64,000 nucleotides of DNA, from assembly GCF_964355755.1 (NCBI RefSeq), contig NC_092679.1, positions 13,871,432-13,935,431 on the forward strand, read 5' to 3'. The notes under the pieces are model-generated. The model was not told where the DNA came from and did no database searches. It saw only the letters and a program-made list of their open reading frames with translations. Numbering within the stretch: the first letter of the stretch is position 1; every line of letters begins with the position of its first letter. The DNA comes from Antedon mediterranea. Taxonomy: Eukaryota > Animalia > Echinodermata. Shown here piece by piece: positions 1 through 12,300 of the stretch. A program made the translations under genes and the position numbers.

Positions 1-20
1 GATAGTTGGCTCTTGATAGT

Positions 21-2575
21 TTAATAATAATAATAATAATAATAATAACAGGATTTTTTATAGCACACATACCACTCAAGAGTGCTTAAGGCGCATTCAA
101 AAAAATAGAAACAAATCATACAAATGCCTGAAAAATAAAATGCAATTTCTTTGGAGGGTCCCCATCCGTTCGCGTTCTGTCGCGGCCCCGGACCCCTACC
201 TAGGTGACCAAACAAAGGAACAGGATACACATTTGCCTTGTCACAGACGACCGGGTGCTCAGAGACAACAACCAAGACAGAGGCACCCCAAAGATAATGC
301 TGGTCAGGAAAAAGTATACTATACAATTCTAGAACTTTAAGAAACCTTGATTTCCATATGCATTAATGAATAAATGTGCTTTTAATAATTTTTTAAAAGT
401 ATCAACCGTTTTGCAAAATCTGATAGAGCTCGGTAGAGCATTCCATAGACGAGGAGCAGTAACGGTGAAAGCCCTGTCTCCCCATGAGTGGTGAGACTTA
501 GGTTGACGTAGAAGCAGCGTATCACTAGAAAGCAGATTTCGTCTGGGAACATACAGCCTAAGCATGTCAGAAATATATTCAGGAGCCATGCCATTGATAG
601 ACTTAAAAACATAGAGTAATATTTTAAAAACAATGCAGTACCTAACGGGAAGCCAATGCAAAGTTTCCAAGGTATTTGATATGTGTGCATATCTTGGAAG
701 TTTTTTAACAACTCGTGCCGCTGTATTTTTGAATCAGCTCAAGCCTGGGGAGTTGTTTTTGTGGGAGACCAAATAACAAGGAGTTACACATATCGAGACG
801 CGAACTAACAAATGCATGTACAAGTTGCTCAGCAGCTGCACGATTTAAGTATTTTCTGAAGCCTCGAATATTTCTTAAATGATATGACGATGCAGACGTA
901 ATTTTAGAAATATGAGCCGTCATTGTCATATTAGAATCCAGAATTACACCAAGATTTCTAACTTGTGTAGTATTTTTAGTACAAAAGTTACCAATGGAAA
1001 CCCTCCTAGAGAATTTTCTCTAATTGTTGTTGCGAACCAACTAGAATGTACTCAGTCTTATCATCATTAAGTTTTAAAAAGTATTTGGCCATCCAGATAC
1101 GAATTTCAGAGATACATTTTCAAGCAAATCAATTGATAATTCACTCTGTGTCATGGTAGGTTTAAACGATATATATATATATCTGAGTGTCATCAGCGTA
1201 AACATGATAGCTAAGATTATATTTCTTAATGATATCACGAATAGGATATACATAAATTGTAAACAATTGTGGACCTAACACAGATCCTTGCGGAACAGAG
1301 AAATTTAAAGTGGTAGGTTGAGAGATTACCTCTCTAATACAAATGTGTTGAGGTCTGTCCGCCAAGTATGATTGACACCATCTTCGTGCACATCCCTCAA
1401 CACCAATAGAAGCATGCAACCTCTCAATCAGAATACTATGATCTACCTTATCAAACGCAGCACTCAAATCAAGTAAAATTAAAGCAGTTACTTTTCCAAC
1501 ATCCATCGCACAAAGTATATCATTGCTAACGCGCAGCAGTGCAGTTTCAGTACTGTGATGTGCTTTATACGCTGATTGAAACGGATCAAGTAAAGAATTA
1601 TCCTTTACATGTGATAGTATACGTTTAGATTACTTTTCCAAGAAAACACAGATTTGATACTGGTCTGTAATTGGATAAGTTTTCAAGATCAAGACCCGAT
1701 TTCTTTAATTGAGGACGTATGTGCGAGATTTTACAAATATCTGGGAAAACCCCAGTTTCCAAAGACAGATTAACGACACGTGTAATTAGTGGAACAAAAA
1801 CAACAGCATTTCTCTTAATTAACAGAGTAGGAACTGGATCAAGACTGCAAGATTTAGCAGGCGAGTTTTTGACAATTTCAGAAATTTCCTTTTCACTTGC
1901 AGGTTCAAATTTACAGAGGTAGGGACAATTATAATTTTCACAGCATACGTCGTTATTAAAGTAATGAGACAAACTTCCAGCACTATCTTTAACAAGAAGT
2001 TTACGAATATTAACAATTTTATTTTTAAAAAATACGGACAATCTTTCTGCAAGCAACTCATCTGAGTGAGAAAATGGAAGCACCGACAATTTAGAACAGT
2101 GTAAAAGATTGTTTACAACTTTAAACAGCTTCTTCTGATCAGATCAGAATAATATCGTTTCTTAGCACTTTCAACAAGCATATTAACAATACACCGCTGA
2201 TGACAATATTTCTGTCTATCCTAAGGTATTTTTTGATTTCATCCATTTTCTCTCAAATACGCGACGGAGTTTTTTCGCCGATCTAATTTCATCAGTATAT
2301 CACGGCTTTGAAGAATTTAGTTTGATACATTTTGTTTTTAAAGGTGCGTGTTTATCCATAACTTCTCTTAAAGAACAGTATCTTTCAATATTTTCTTGCA
2401 AAGTACCATCATGCATATCAGACAACCATATCTGTGGGATACTACACATATTCACAGAAGAAAACTCGTTAAAGTAAATAGTTTTCTTCACGAAAACTAT
2501 AATAGCAGATGAGAGATGCGAGATAGACTCTGTCCCATCATGATGATTGGGGATAAGTACTACTTTTCCGAGCAT
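21..2575 (-). mobile_element. Degenerate, 5'-truncated L2/CR1-group LINE (RT ORF2 remnant, 3'UTR and simple-repeat tail)
   Basis: Frameshifted minus ORFs carry RT motifs LDLSAAFD, VPQGSVLGP, YADDTQIY, NYRPVSNL and the C-terminal LHWLPV...APRLWNALP. A (TAA)n run at 22-48 on + is the 3' tail. Confidence 0.92.
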
Positions 2576-3163
2576 TGCACTTTTGTGCTAAAAATCTCAT
2601 TACTTACTTTGGTGTATATTACCAAATCACTGGCCAATGTATAATTTTAACTATTGTATGATAGAAAATGGATTTGAAATACAAAACCATGGTAAGGCTA
2701 AAGTGAAATGTGAATGCTGTCTATTTTTGTTTGGTTTGTTTTGCTTCTGAATATATGAGATGAGATTTCCTCATCTTTATCTTTTCAAATTAATTAATTG
2801 AATTTCGGTATATCACCGGACGGTTTGAAATACATGTTCTGTGAAGGTTGTGCATAATGGTAAAATGTATTGCTGTAGTTGGCGCATACAGTACATCTGC
2901 CAGTCACCACTGCTTCATAGTTATCGTGGTAGAACGAGAATTATTTATGTTGACGCGAGAGCACCTGTAGTGGCTTGACCAATACGGAAGTGGCGGAGTA
3001 TATCTGAACGTGAAACCCCCAGTTATAGAAAAGTTTATTCACGTATTTAGAACTTTGAGATTGTACCTGCACAGGTGTTTGTGTCTTTATTTCACAGGGT
3101 TTTTAACAATTGTAAGTAGAAAAAATAGTTTGTGCACTCATTGTGTAAGTTTAATTCAAAAAA

Positions 3164-3760
3164 TTGTGTTACAAAATGGCCTTCCCGACATGTAGAATAG
3201 GTCTTGTTGGACACTCGTTTGTACGCAGGTTGGAATGCTATACCAGCGAACGCAAATTCTTTGCCTTACGCCTAGATGCAAGTTTGTACAATGTCAAGTA
3301 TTATTCACGCGGAGGTGCAACGACATACAGATTCCCTGATCTGCTTAAGGGATGGTCCACGCCGAAAGATATCGTTTACGTTCATCTAGGAGAGAATGAC
3401 ATTGTGAAACGATCTAATAATTTTATTGTGAACAAACTCGATAATTTATTTGACTTTCTTGATTTTGGACTAGAGTGTAAACATACTGTGGTTAGCCACC
3501 TGTTAAAGCGGCACCCCAGTCGGGTAAGCTCTAACTTCAACGACTCCGCTGTGGACTTTAACCGTCGACTTCAGGCGAATTATGCCGATGGTGCATGTGT
3601 AACATATTGGCGTCACAGAGGCCTGTGGAACGACTGGTCCTATATTCACTCCGATCCGATGGCGTACATCTTAACAGAAGTTCTTCAAATGGCCGATCGT
3701 CATGTATCGGTACGAACGTCGCGTCCAACAAGCTATTCAACAAGAAGAAGAAATTATAAG
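3164..3760 (+). pseudogene. SGNH/GDSL hydrolase-like ORF of the DIRS/Ngaro element (frameshifted near 3657)
   Basis: Motifs IGLVGHSFVRR (block I), RGG, VHLGENDI (GxND block III). The DGVHL block V is read in a shifted frame at ~3658. Confidence 0.8.
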
Positions 3761-3811
3761 GCCAGTAGTTTTAATTTAAATTTATATACAAATGTTCAGA
3801 ACCTCCACATG

Positions 3812-4050
3812 TTTTGCCTTCGGGCAAAAATTTGGCCTTTGGGACTAATGTTAGCCTGTGTTTGCCTTTCGGGCACTATGTTGGCCTTCGGGCCTTATGT
3901 TTGCCTACGGGCCTTATGTTTGCCTTCGGGACTTATGTTTGCCTTCGGGCCTTATGTTTGCCTTCGGGCTTTATGCTTGCCTTCGGGCTTTATGCTTGCC
4001 TTCGGGCTTTATATTTGCCTTCGGGCCTAATTTTTGCCTTCGGGCTAATG
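3812..4050 (+). repeat. ~20-bp minisatellite (TTTGCCTTCGGGCCTTATG)n, about 11 copies
   Basis: Tandem units read directly; no unique spacers. Confidence 0.95.
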
Positions 4051-4250
4051 CGTGCCTTGTGGCATTCGGGCTTTGGACACATCCTCTTGTTCTCAGTCCG
4101 GTGAATTTCAGGTGGACCATGGATATAGCACATACTATGGAAACCTGACGATTGTTACAAATGCAACTCCGCTTTTCAGTAGTCAATGTGTCTCCCATGT
4201 TTTTCATTTCTAACCATCAGAGGTGTTTCTTTGATTTCTATACAGGTATA

Positions 4251-5030
4251 ATGCCGAAAGCTCCAAGAGGCCGTACAGCGTCGGCTGCGGTCCCAAAAAC
4301 CACTAGGAAGAAGGCAACGCAACGGCGAACAAAGAGACCCCACCACTAAACTACGCCAGACTGGCGGCTGAAGTCGCGAAGGTATTGAAGGCGGGCGAGG
4401 CAACTGGCCCCATGACACCAGACGGCAGTCCTCTAACAACTCAAGCCGCTACCACATGCTTGACTGTGGATAATGCCACACAGGCTCAGCCATTGGACGC
4501 GTCTATAAAGGATACATTGACCTCAGGACTCTGATCAATAACGACAATGATACTCATGGGGTCTCGTTATCAATTATTGATAAACAACTCCGTGTAGAGA
4601 CAGACAACAGTAAGAAAAAGCTAATCACAATTACTGAATGGATGCGGGCAATTACAATATACATGTCCATATTTGTCGGAAAAATCACCTGCCCAATGTT
4701 TGCCTATGCTTAAATATGTCAGCAACATACTAGAATTACATGTTTTGGGGAACCTGAACTGGCGGACCTATGACGAAAGCTTTCGCAAAGCACCACAGGG
4801 CAGGCCTTTAAATTCCGATGTGCTTCACCCAGAGCTTATGTTAAAACTGGCTTCGTTAGGGAATGCATCTTCTTTCAGACCTAACCCTCGTCCACATGGG
4901 CAGCATAATTTTCGTGGCCAACAGATATGTTTAAAATTTAATGCCGGGAAGCAATGCCACGCCCCCACACGCCGCTTCTGACATCTGTGTACCGACTGCC
5001 GTCAACCACACCCCAGAATTCAATGCAATA
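4251..5030 (+). pseudogene. gag-like ORF remnant of the DIRS/Ngaro element
   Basis: Starts MPKAPRGR; contains ITEW, WRTYDESFR and a terminal C..FN....C zinc-knuckle-like segment. Multiple frameshifts. Confidence 0.7.
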
Positions 5031-6622
5031 AACCACGAACGACAAGTCTTCAAATCGGCACTCGAGCAAACCCATCTACCCACGCCAGTGGTAATAAATG
5101 AGCATTCATGGTATTTAGCAGGGTATACACAAGAATTGTTTAACGAATTGTTAGTCGGGTTCTCGTTTGGATTCCGTCTCCTCTGTTTAAAGCCCCCGGT
5201 TCCGGGCATCGCCCGCAACCATCCAAGTGCCCTCGATCACCCGATACAGATAGAAGAATTTATTTCTAATGGTTTACGACTCGATAGATTGGCTGGCCCT
5301 TTCGAGTCCCCTCCGTTTGATAAATTGATCTCCTCGCCATTGGGTGTTGTTCCCAAAGCTGAATTAGGCAAATATCGCATTATTCTGGACCTGTCGTACC
5401 CCGGGGGGCTTCTGTCAACTCAGGGATTCCACAGGATGTTTCACGGGTCTCATACGACACAATCAACGATGTAGTTAGATTAGTATTAAAAAATGGACCT
5501 AGGCCATTAATGTCTAAGACTGATATAGAAGACGCCTTCATGGTTATCCCTATTCATCCGGATGATTACCATTTGCTGGGGTTTTCTTGGGACGGCAGGT
5601 TCTTTTATGACCGGTGTTTGCCTATGGGCGCCAGTCGCTCATGCAACATTTTCGAATCATTTAGTAAAGCGTTAGTACAATATGGATACTGCGTAACAAA
5701 TTGAATGTAAGGGATGTATCCCATATTCTGGATGATTTTTTCTTCGTCGGCCCTAAAGATTCCAATGACTGCCACAACTCACTGTCTCAATTTTGATATC
5801 TTTGCGACAAGATCGGGGTTCTTATAAGGCGTCTAAGACTGTAACTCCGACTAATGTCATTACAATATACGGGATTGGGGTGGACACAGTCTTGATGGAA
5901 TGTGGCCTCCCGTTACCTAAGATTACAAAAACTGTAACAAAAATAAATGAATTTTTAAATAGAAAAAAAGTCACACACACAATGGTTGGCCTGCTTAATT
6001 ACGCTTGTAGTGTGGTGGTGCCGGGTAGAGCGTTTTTACGCCGTATATGATAAACCTCCTGTCATTAGCTAAACATCCATCTCATTTCATTTGCTTAACT
6101 TAACTCATGGAGTTAATGACGATTTGTCGATATGGCTAACATTCCTTGAATCTTTTAATGGGAAAGCCCTTATCCTTCCAGAAAAATGGCTAAATTCTTC
6201 GACACTGCGCTTATTGGTTGCGCCGCAGTATTTTGCGACAGATGGTTATACATTGACTGGGGGTCTGACTTTGTAGGTTTTTCGATCGCTGTTTTGGAGT
6301 TATTTCCAATTGTTAATGCCTTAGAAATATTGAGGCATGAGCTCGCTAATCGCCGGATTTTGTTTCGTTGTGATAATTCAGCTGTTGTGGCTGTTATCAA
6401 TGAGAAATCTGCTAAAGACAAAACGCTTTAATGCGTATTATTCGGCGGTTAGTACTAATATGCCTCCAGTATAACATAAAATTCCGTACAATGCATATTT
6501 CTGGAGTAGATAACGTGTTGGCGGATCTTTTATCAAGGAAAAAATTTACAGAGGCTCTGGAATCCATTAATTCTATTAGTCCAAATCTAATTCATGTTCC
6601 GTCCTACCACATTTATATTTAA
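5030..6622 (+). pseudogene. RT/RNase H ORF remnant (DIRS type)
   Basis: DIRS-type RT and RNase H motifs spread over ORFs 4941, 5510, 5793, 6091, 6186 and 6431. Confidence 0.9.
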
Positions 6623-6663
6623 TTTATTCCTATTTACAGGTGTTGTGTGTTCCTGCAAACAAC

Positions 6664-8797
6664 ATGGTACCCCTTAGCTGTGAAGCTACAACACTCATTC
6701 ACTCGTCATTGGCGCCAGCCACTATTAAGGCGTATCAACGCAATATTCAAAAGTTGGCTTCATGGTTGGGAAAACTCGTTCAGCTCCCTATAAACCCGGC
6801 TACGGTATGCAACTTTTTGGCACATTAACATGGTCTACAATATGCACCTAGAACAATTTCATTTCGTCTGTCTCTTTTATCCACAAACTAGCAGACTTAC
6901 CCGATCCTTGTAATTCGTTTTTGGTTGTAAAAATTTGACGTGGCGTGCATTATGCTTCGGATCGTCCGGATGTACGCTTGCCTATCACTGCAGAAATTTT
7001 GACTACATTGTTAGCGAGTCTAGAGTCGATCGAACCTAGTTTTTCTTATCAGGGGCGCAGCCAGTGGGGGGGGGGGAGGGGTCACGAGGGTCCTGACCCC
7101 CTCCCCCGTTTTTTTTTAGAAAAAAATAAATAAAAACATGAGACAACAATACAGATCAAATCATCCTGGAGATACTGTGGAAGATTACTACCGAGCAGTA
7201 TTACCAAATCTACTTCTTGATCATTTACAAACCGAGTTAAAAACCCGTTTTTCTGCCGATAACAGGCCATGCTTTAAAATATTTGGCGTAGTACCCGAGT
7301 CTATCGTGAAGTGTAATGTTGAAGAAGTCTTCAAGGAACTTGAATTTGGTACGATGATCTGCCAAGACCCGAACATCTTCATTCCGAGCTTCAGTGATGG
7401 AAGCGACTGTGTAAAATTAGTGGATCCAGATGTGTTCCCGAATCGAATGTGCGTGCACTTCTTCTAATCGCGTAGGCCTATGCCCGTAACGTCTACTGAA
7501 GCTGAACGGAGTTTTTCGACTTTGTGGAGAACGAAAACCTGTTTGCGAAATCACATGTCTTATGAGCAGCTTTCGGGATTGTGCCTCATGAATATACACT
7601 TTAACATGAACATTAATACAGAGAATGTCATTCGCGAATTCTGTCTCCAAGCCAAGAAGAATGTTCCAAACTTATGTTTAAAGATGCATCACGCGATGTC
7701 TAGAGCGCCGTTATAGTAACTAACGTAAAATGTATGATAATAATTTAGAAGTTAGTTATTACAATTATGTATAAGCTATCACCTATACTATACATTCGAA
7801 CAAAATAGGTATATTTTTAAACAAAATATTGTATGTACTGGGTATGATAAGCGTCTCACATACACACGGAGCCAAGATAGCTTCTTGGACTTGCACAGTG
7901 TATGAACTCTAACTTTACGGTTCTCATTTAATAATATCACTCCATGCTATCAATATCATTCTAATTTCTTTTTTCAAACTTTTGCAACTCTACGTTCATT
8001 TCATGCAACTTTTGTATTGGTGAAAAGGGAGGAATTCAAATAATTCCTCCTCTTGAGTTTACAACCTCTCTACACAAATCAACAAACAAGCAAGAAAAAA
8101 AGTGTTTGTCTGTGGCAGCCTGGAATATAAAAATGTTCTGTAATGAAAATGAGAGTTGTTTTTTGTTTTCTTTGTTTCAGTTTATTAGTGTTAACATTGT
8201 CATATTTGTGTGTGCGTAAACCGATTCAAATGATCTAGATTGCGCTAGACCGCCAAAGCTTCCAGGAGGCTTCACCCCCTGGACCCCAACCGGGGGCCCT
8301 TGGCGGCCCCCTGGCCCCCAGCCCATGGTTGCTCGCTTCGCTCGCAAAATACTCACATATTGGTTGACCCCCCCTTTAATTCTTTGCTGGCTGCGCCCCT
8401 TATAGATTACTTTTCAGGGCCTTTTCCCTTACCGCGTTCCAAGGGTTCTTCCGGATTGGTGAATTGGCCGTAGGTAAAGGGGACGCAGATAAGAAGGTCG
8501 GGCAATGCAGTGATCTATGTCTTTCTGGTAATTCAGCTTCCTTAACTATATACCATCACAAAACCGGCGTAGGTAAGCCCCCTATCCATATTTCATTCAA
8601 TAGTGCCACGGGCGCTCGGTTCTCAGTCCAGTAAAATGTTTACATGATTACACCAAACATTTTCGGCATACCTCTGGTCCTTTGTTCCAACATATCTATG
8701 GACGGTCGGCCGATTGCGGCTCGTTTCATATACGCAAAACTAAAAGAGGCGATTTGTTTCAATGGTCTTGACCCTACATTATAAAGGTCATAGTTTG
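6664..8797 (+). pseudogene. Tyrosine recombinase ORF, split by the 7050-8400 insertion and 3'-truncated
   Basis: SLAPATIKAY and DVRLPIT..IL before the insertion. Reading resumes at 8401 as YRLLFRAFSLTAFQGFFRIGELA and ends near GLDP..YKGHS. Confidence 0.85.
7050..8400 (+). mobile_element. Non-autonomous hAT derivative with a transposase C-terminal dimerisation-domain remnant
   Basis: TIRs CAGGGGCGCAGCCAG (7050) and CTGGCTGCGCCCCT (8387-8400). Peptides YYR..LLDHLQTELKTRF and PVTSTEAERSFSTL..TKT.LR..M...LSGL.LMNIH. Confidence 0.88.
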
Positions 8798-9225
8798 TCG
8801 GGTTTGTGGCATGTTCACCCAGCAAACTTGTATTTTAATTAGTTTTAGTTTAGTAAGTCAAGTTAATCTTTGGATTCTTGATAACCAGGCATATTATATT
8901 TAACATTCAATATATATTTATGTGATTTTATGTAATAACCAAGGTGTTTAGTTAGTAGTAGTTATTGTCCGTACATATACGGTAGGCCTACACTCGATAG
9001 GGGCAGCCCATACATTATGTAGGCCTATACGTCTTAGATGGAACTAAATTAGTTATAGGCTGCCCTATTATTATTACAACTCTAGTATTATATATGATAT
9101 TATGTGTTTCCTCATTTAAATAAATATATGACAATTTCCATCCAACTTGGTGTTATTGTATTTTTCCGTCTGGCCTCTTGCGGCATAAAGGTATATTTTC
9201 GTAGTTACTTTTAATATATACTCAC

Positions 9226-9360
9226 AGCGTTTGAAGAGATGACATATTTGCAAAGATTTTTGTTGAGATACTTTGAATATTATTTTTGCTGAGAAGCAAA
9301 TTTTTAACTGCAGGTATTTTACGGTCTTCTAATGAGGTTAGACTGTTCCAACTTACATCC
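9226..9360 (-). CDS. Two-LRR exon (135 nt)
   Basis: cag|..DVSWNSLTSLEDRKIPAVKNLLLSKNNIQSISTKIFANMSSLQTL|gtgagt. Confidence 0.88.
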
Positions 9361-12300
9361 CTGAAATACAATATAGTTATATTATAATTATATTATATTT
9401 CAGTGAGCAATACTTAGATAATAACATTAGGCCTACAATTACGCCTTGGTTAGACATTGATTTGTCATGTATACAATTACTTTTCAATAACATATAAATA
9501 CATACTACACTTCAAGAAAGATATTACATTACTTGTTATTACATTGTTTTTCTATATGGCTTAAAGGCCGGTGCACACTAAATAATTACACGCAAAGTGA
9601 CAAGCGTCAAATCGAAGCGAGTCGCGTGAAGCTTGAACAAGTTAGACCATCGCGAACAAAGTGTCTCGATCCGAGTATATTTCCCATGATTGGAAGCGAA
9701 GCGTCACGCGTCATTTTCGACAATTCCGGTTTGATCTGGGCGTAGAGAGAGGCCTAGGCTGGTAGGCCTAGGCCTAGAGGCATAATAAGCTAGGTAGGCC
9801 TAGCTTTTGTATTTGCAAATCTATCTCCAATATACTTGTATTTTTTAATACACACATCCACTGAAAATGCATTTTCGTTGATTTGGGGATTTTTATATTC
9901 ATGTGCACCTTTTGTCATAAAAAGACGAGAATAGGCCTACTCGTGAATTATGGCCACAAAATTGACGTCGCTGACACTACATCCATGTTGAACAAATTAT
10001 TTTCATCTTCATCTGACAGATGACATCACACATAGCCCTACGATCCTTGTGATTTGATTGATCAAATTGAAGCGAACAGTGCAAGCGAAAACGAAAAAGT
10101 TCCCATGGAGAAACTCTAGCGAATTCACGGGAGGAGCCCTACTAGTTCCGAATTCAACGCGTTGAAGTTTGATTTGATGTTCACACTGAAATCGTCTGTC
10201 GCGGCAAAAGTACGGTTCGATTTGACGCTTGACGCGTGTCGCTTCGCATATAATTTGTTTAGTGTGTAGGCCTATCGGCCTTTAATATTTATAGTTTGAG
10301 GATAATTAAACGAAGGCTTCTAATCAATGTTTTTAAACAATTAAAATTTACTAATAAGTTAAATAATGTTTCTCGGTAATATTATTTTAGCATAAAAGAC
10401 AACTATTTAGTTATTATATAGGCTTGTATATCACTAATTGTCTATTTGATACTATTTCCATTGGGCTAGCATGTAGTAGTCAATACAAATACCCTTTAAC
10501 AAACTCTCATTCCATTCATGGATTCATAACAAAGTAGACTAACATGATTGATATTATCAATAATAAAGAATATAATTCTTTTAATTTATCAATATCATTT
10601 CGATAATGTTTATTAGTGAATGATGTAGGCCTAGATACAAAACAAAAAATAAAACACTCACAGAGTACCATATATGTTTCCACGAAATATTGGAATTTCC
10701 GTAAGTCTATTATAAGCAAGATGTCTAAATAAGAATAAATAAAACATGCCATAACTATAATCATCTACGATTAAAGCAATTGCAAATTAAAGATATTATG
10801 TTATAGTGAGCATGTTAATTGTAGGCCTAATTAGCAAACAAACTGTTCTTCTTGTAAAATAACATATTATTTAAGGTGAAGAAGACCCGTGTTACACAAT
10901 AATGTTTAAAATCGAAAGTTCGAAATCTGAAAATAACAATAGTGTAAGGTATAAATACTGACAACAATGTCTAGGCTGACTAGGCAAAGCTGCAGTTCAT
11001 GTCACATGATTTATAAATAAAAGCTAGTTAGGCCCATGACAAACTGCCGTACATGGTAAGTTATTTAAGCTATATTCACTATCATTTATTTACAAAACAA
11101 CGAAGTGGCATTGATTAATATGTAGAAGGATCCTCTTTTTTTTTTTAACTGAAAATTACTTACAGAATATAAATACTATCCAATGCGACGAAGGCGTCTT
11201 TGTGTATAAAGCTAATATTGTTGTCTGCAAGTTTGCTGAAAACAACAAAACAGACGTACAATATTCTATATATATGTAACTACTTTTACGCTTAAAAGCA
11301 TTGCTTTATGCAAACGCGACTCTATAGTTCACTATGTCGGTCGGTCGGTAGGTCCGTCGGTTGGTCTGTCGGCAGGTCGGTCGGTCGGTAAACACTAACT
11401 CAAATTTGCGCACGTGACTGGGCCAGCCATATATATGACCTTATTTCTCATAGCGTCTGATCATCACGGTTGTGTTTTATTGAGGTTCAGTAATATCTTG
11501 TGGTTAGAGATCAGATAACAATTATGACGTAGAGGCTGTCTTTCGCTTAAAATATGTAATAATAATTATAATATTAATCTAGTTTAATCATTCAATTACG
11601 TAGTAGTTTTGCACATAAATGTCATAAACAGGGAAGTATTTAAATAACCCAAAATATAAAATAAAATGTTGACAAAAATCAAATATTCATTCTTCATACA
11701 TTACTGAAAAAAAACATGGTTCTTTTTTACAGAGGAACGTAACCAAATTGTGCATTTTGCCATTTCAAGAACCATTAAACTTTCCACAATTTATTTTTCT
11801 ATAAGCCAGCACCAGATGCCCACCAGATAGACATATGCAAGGTAATGAAATCCTGACAATAATATAATTGAATGCCATAAAGAAATAACATTTATGCAAT
11901 TGTAATCCAGCAACATGGCCATTCTCCATAATCTTAATAGCAGGGTAACTTAGCACTTTTTTTGTGCACTTTGTGACAAAAGCACCACATTTGGCACAAA
12001 CCTTCTTTAGGGTATATCTAACAATCCTAGAAGGGGTGCCCAAAAATCGGAACAATTTAACGGTGTCATTTGGACCACGCCCTCTTTTAGTATTATACGT
12101 AATTAGGTGAAAACTTAAATCTTCGTATATACATACCAAGTTTGGTATCAAATTAAAACTCATGACATGTACATTGCAATACACACATAACAAATATATG
12201 ATTTCTCTTCAGACGGAATATATAGGTCAAATAATGTAATTTTCTGTCATATTGAAGGGTATTTCAATCAAAACGTGCCAATATTGTGCTATGTTATGAA

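Larger units (their letters stand above)
2900..9185 (+). mobile_element. DIRS/Ngaro-like tyrosine-recombinase retrotransposon, degenerate (ends approximate)
   Basis: Ordered remnants: SGNH hydrolase, gag-like, RT (SPLGVVPK..KYRIILDLS, KTDIEDAF, HILDDF at ~5723), RNase H (CDNSAVV, GVDNVLADLLSR) and YR (AFQGFFRIGEL, YKGHS). Confidence 0.88.

Noticed and set aside
2600-2655. Possible further LRR exon near a GTAAGT donor
   Set aside because: Stops in the required frame and no LRR motif.
3812-4207. CRISPR-like regular repeat and overlapping ORFs 3814, 3858 and 3971
   Set aside because: Head-to-tail minisatellite with no unique spacers and no cas genes, in a eukaryotic context. The ORFs are repeat translations.
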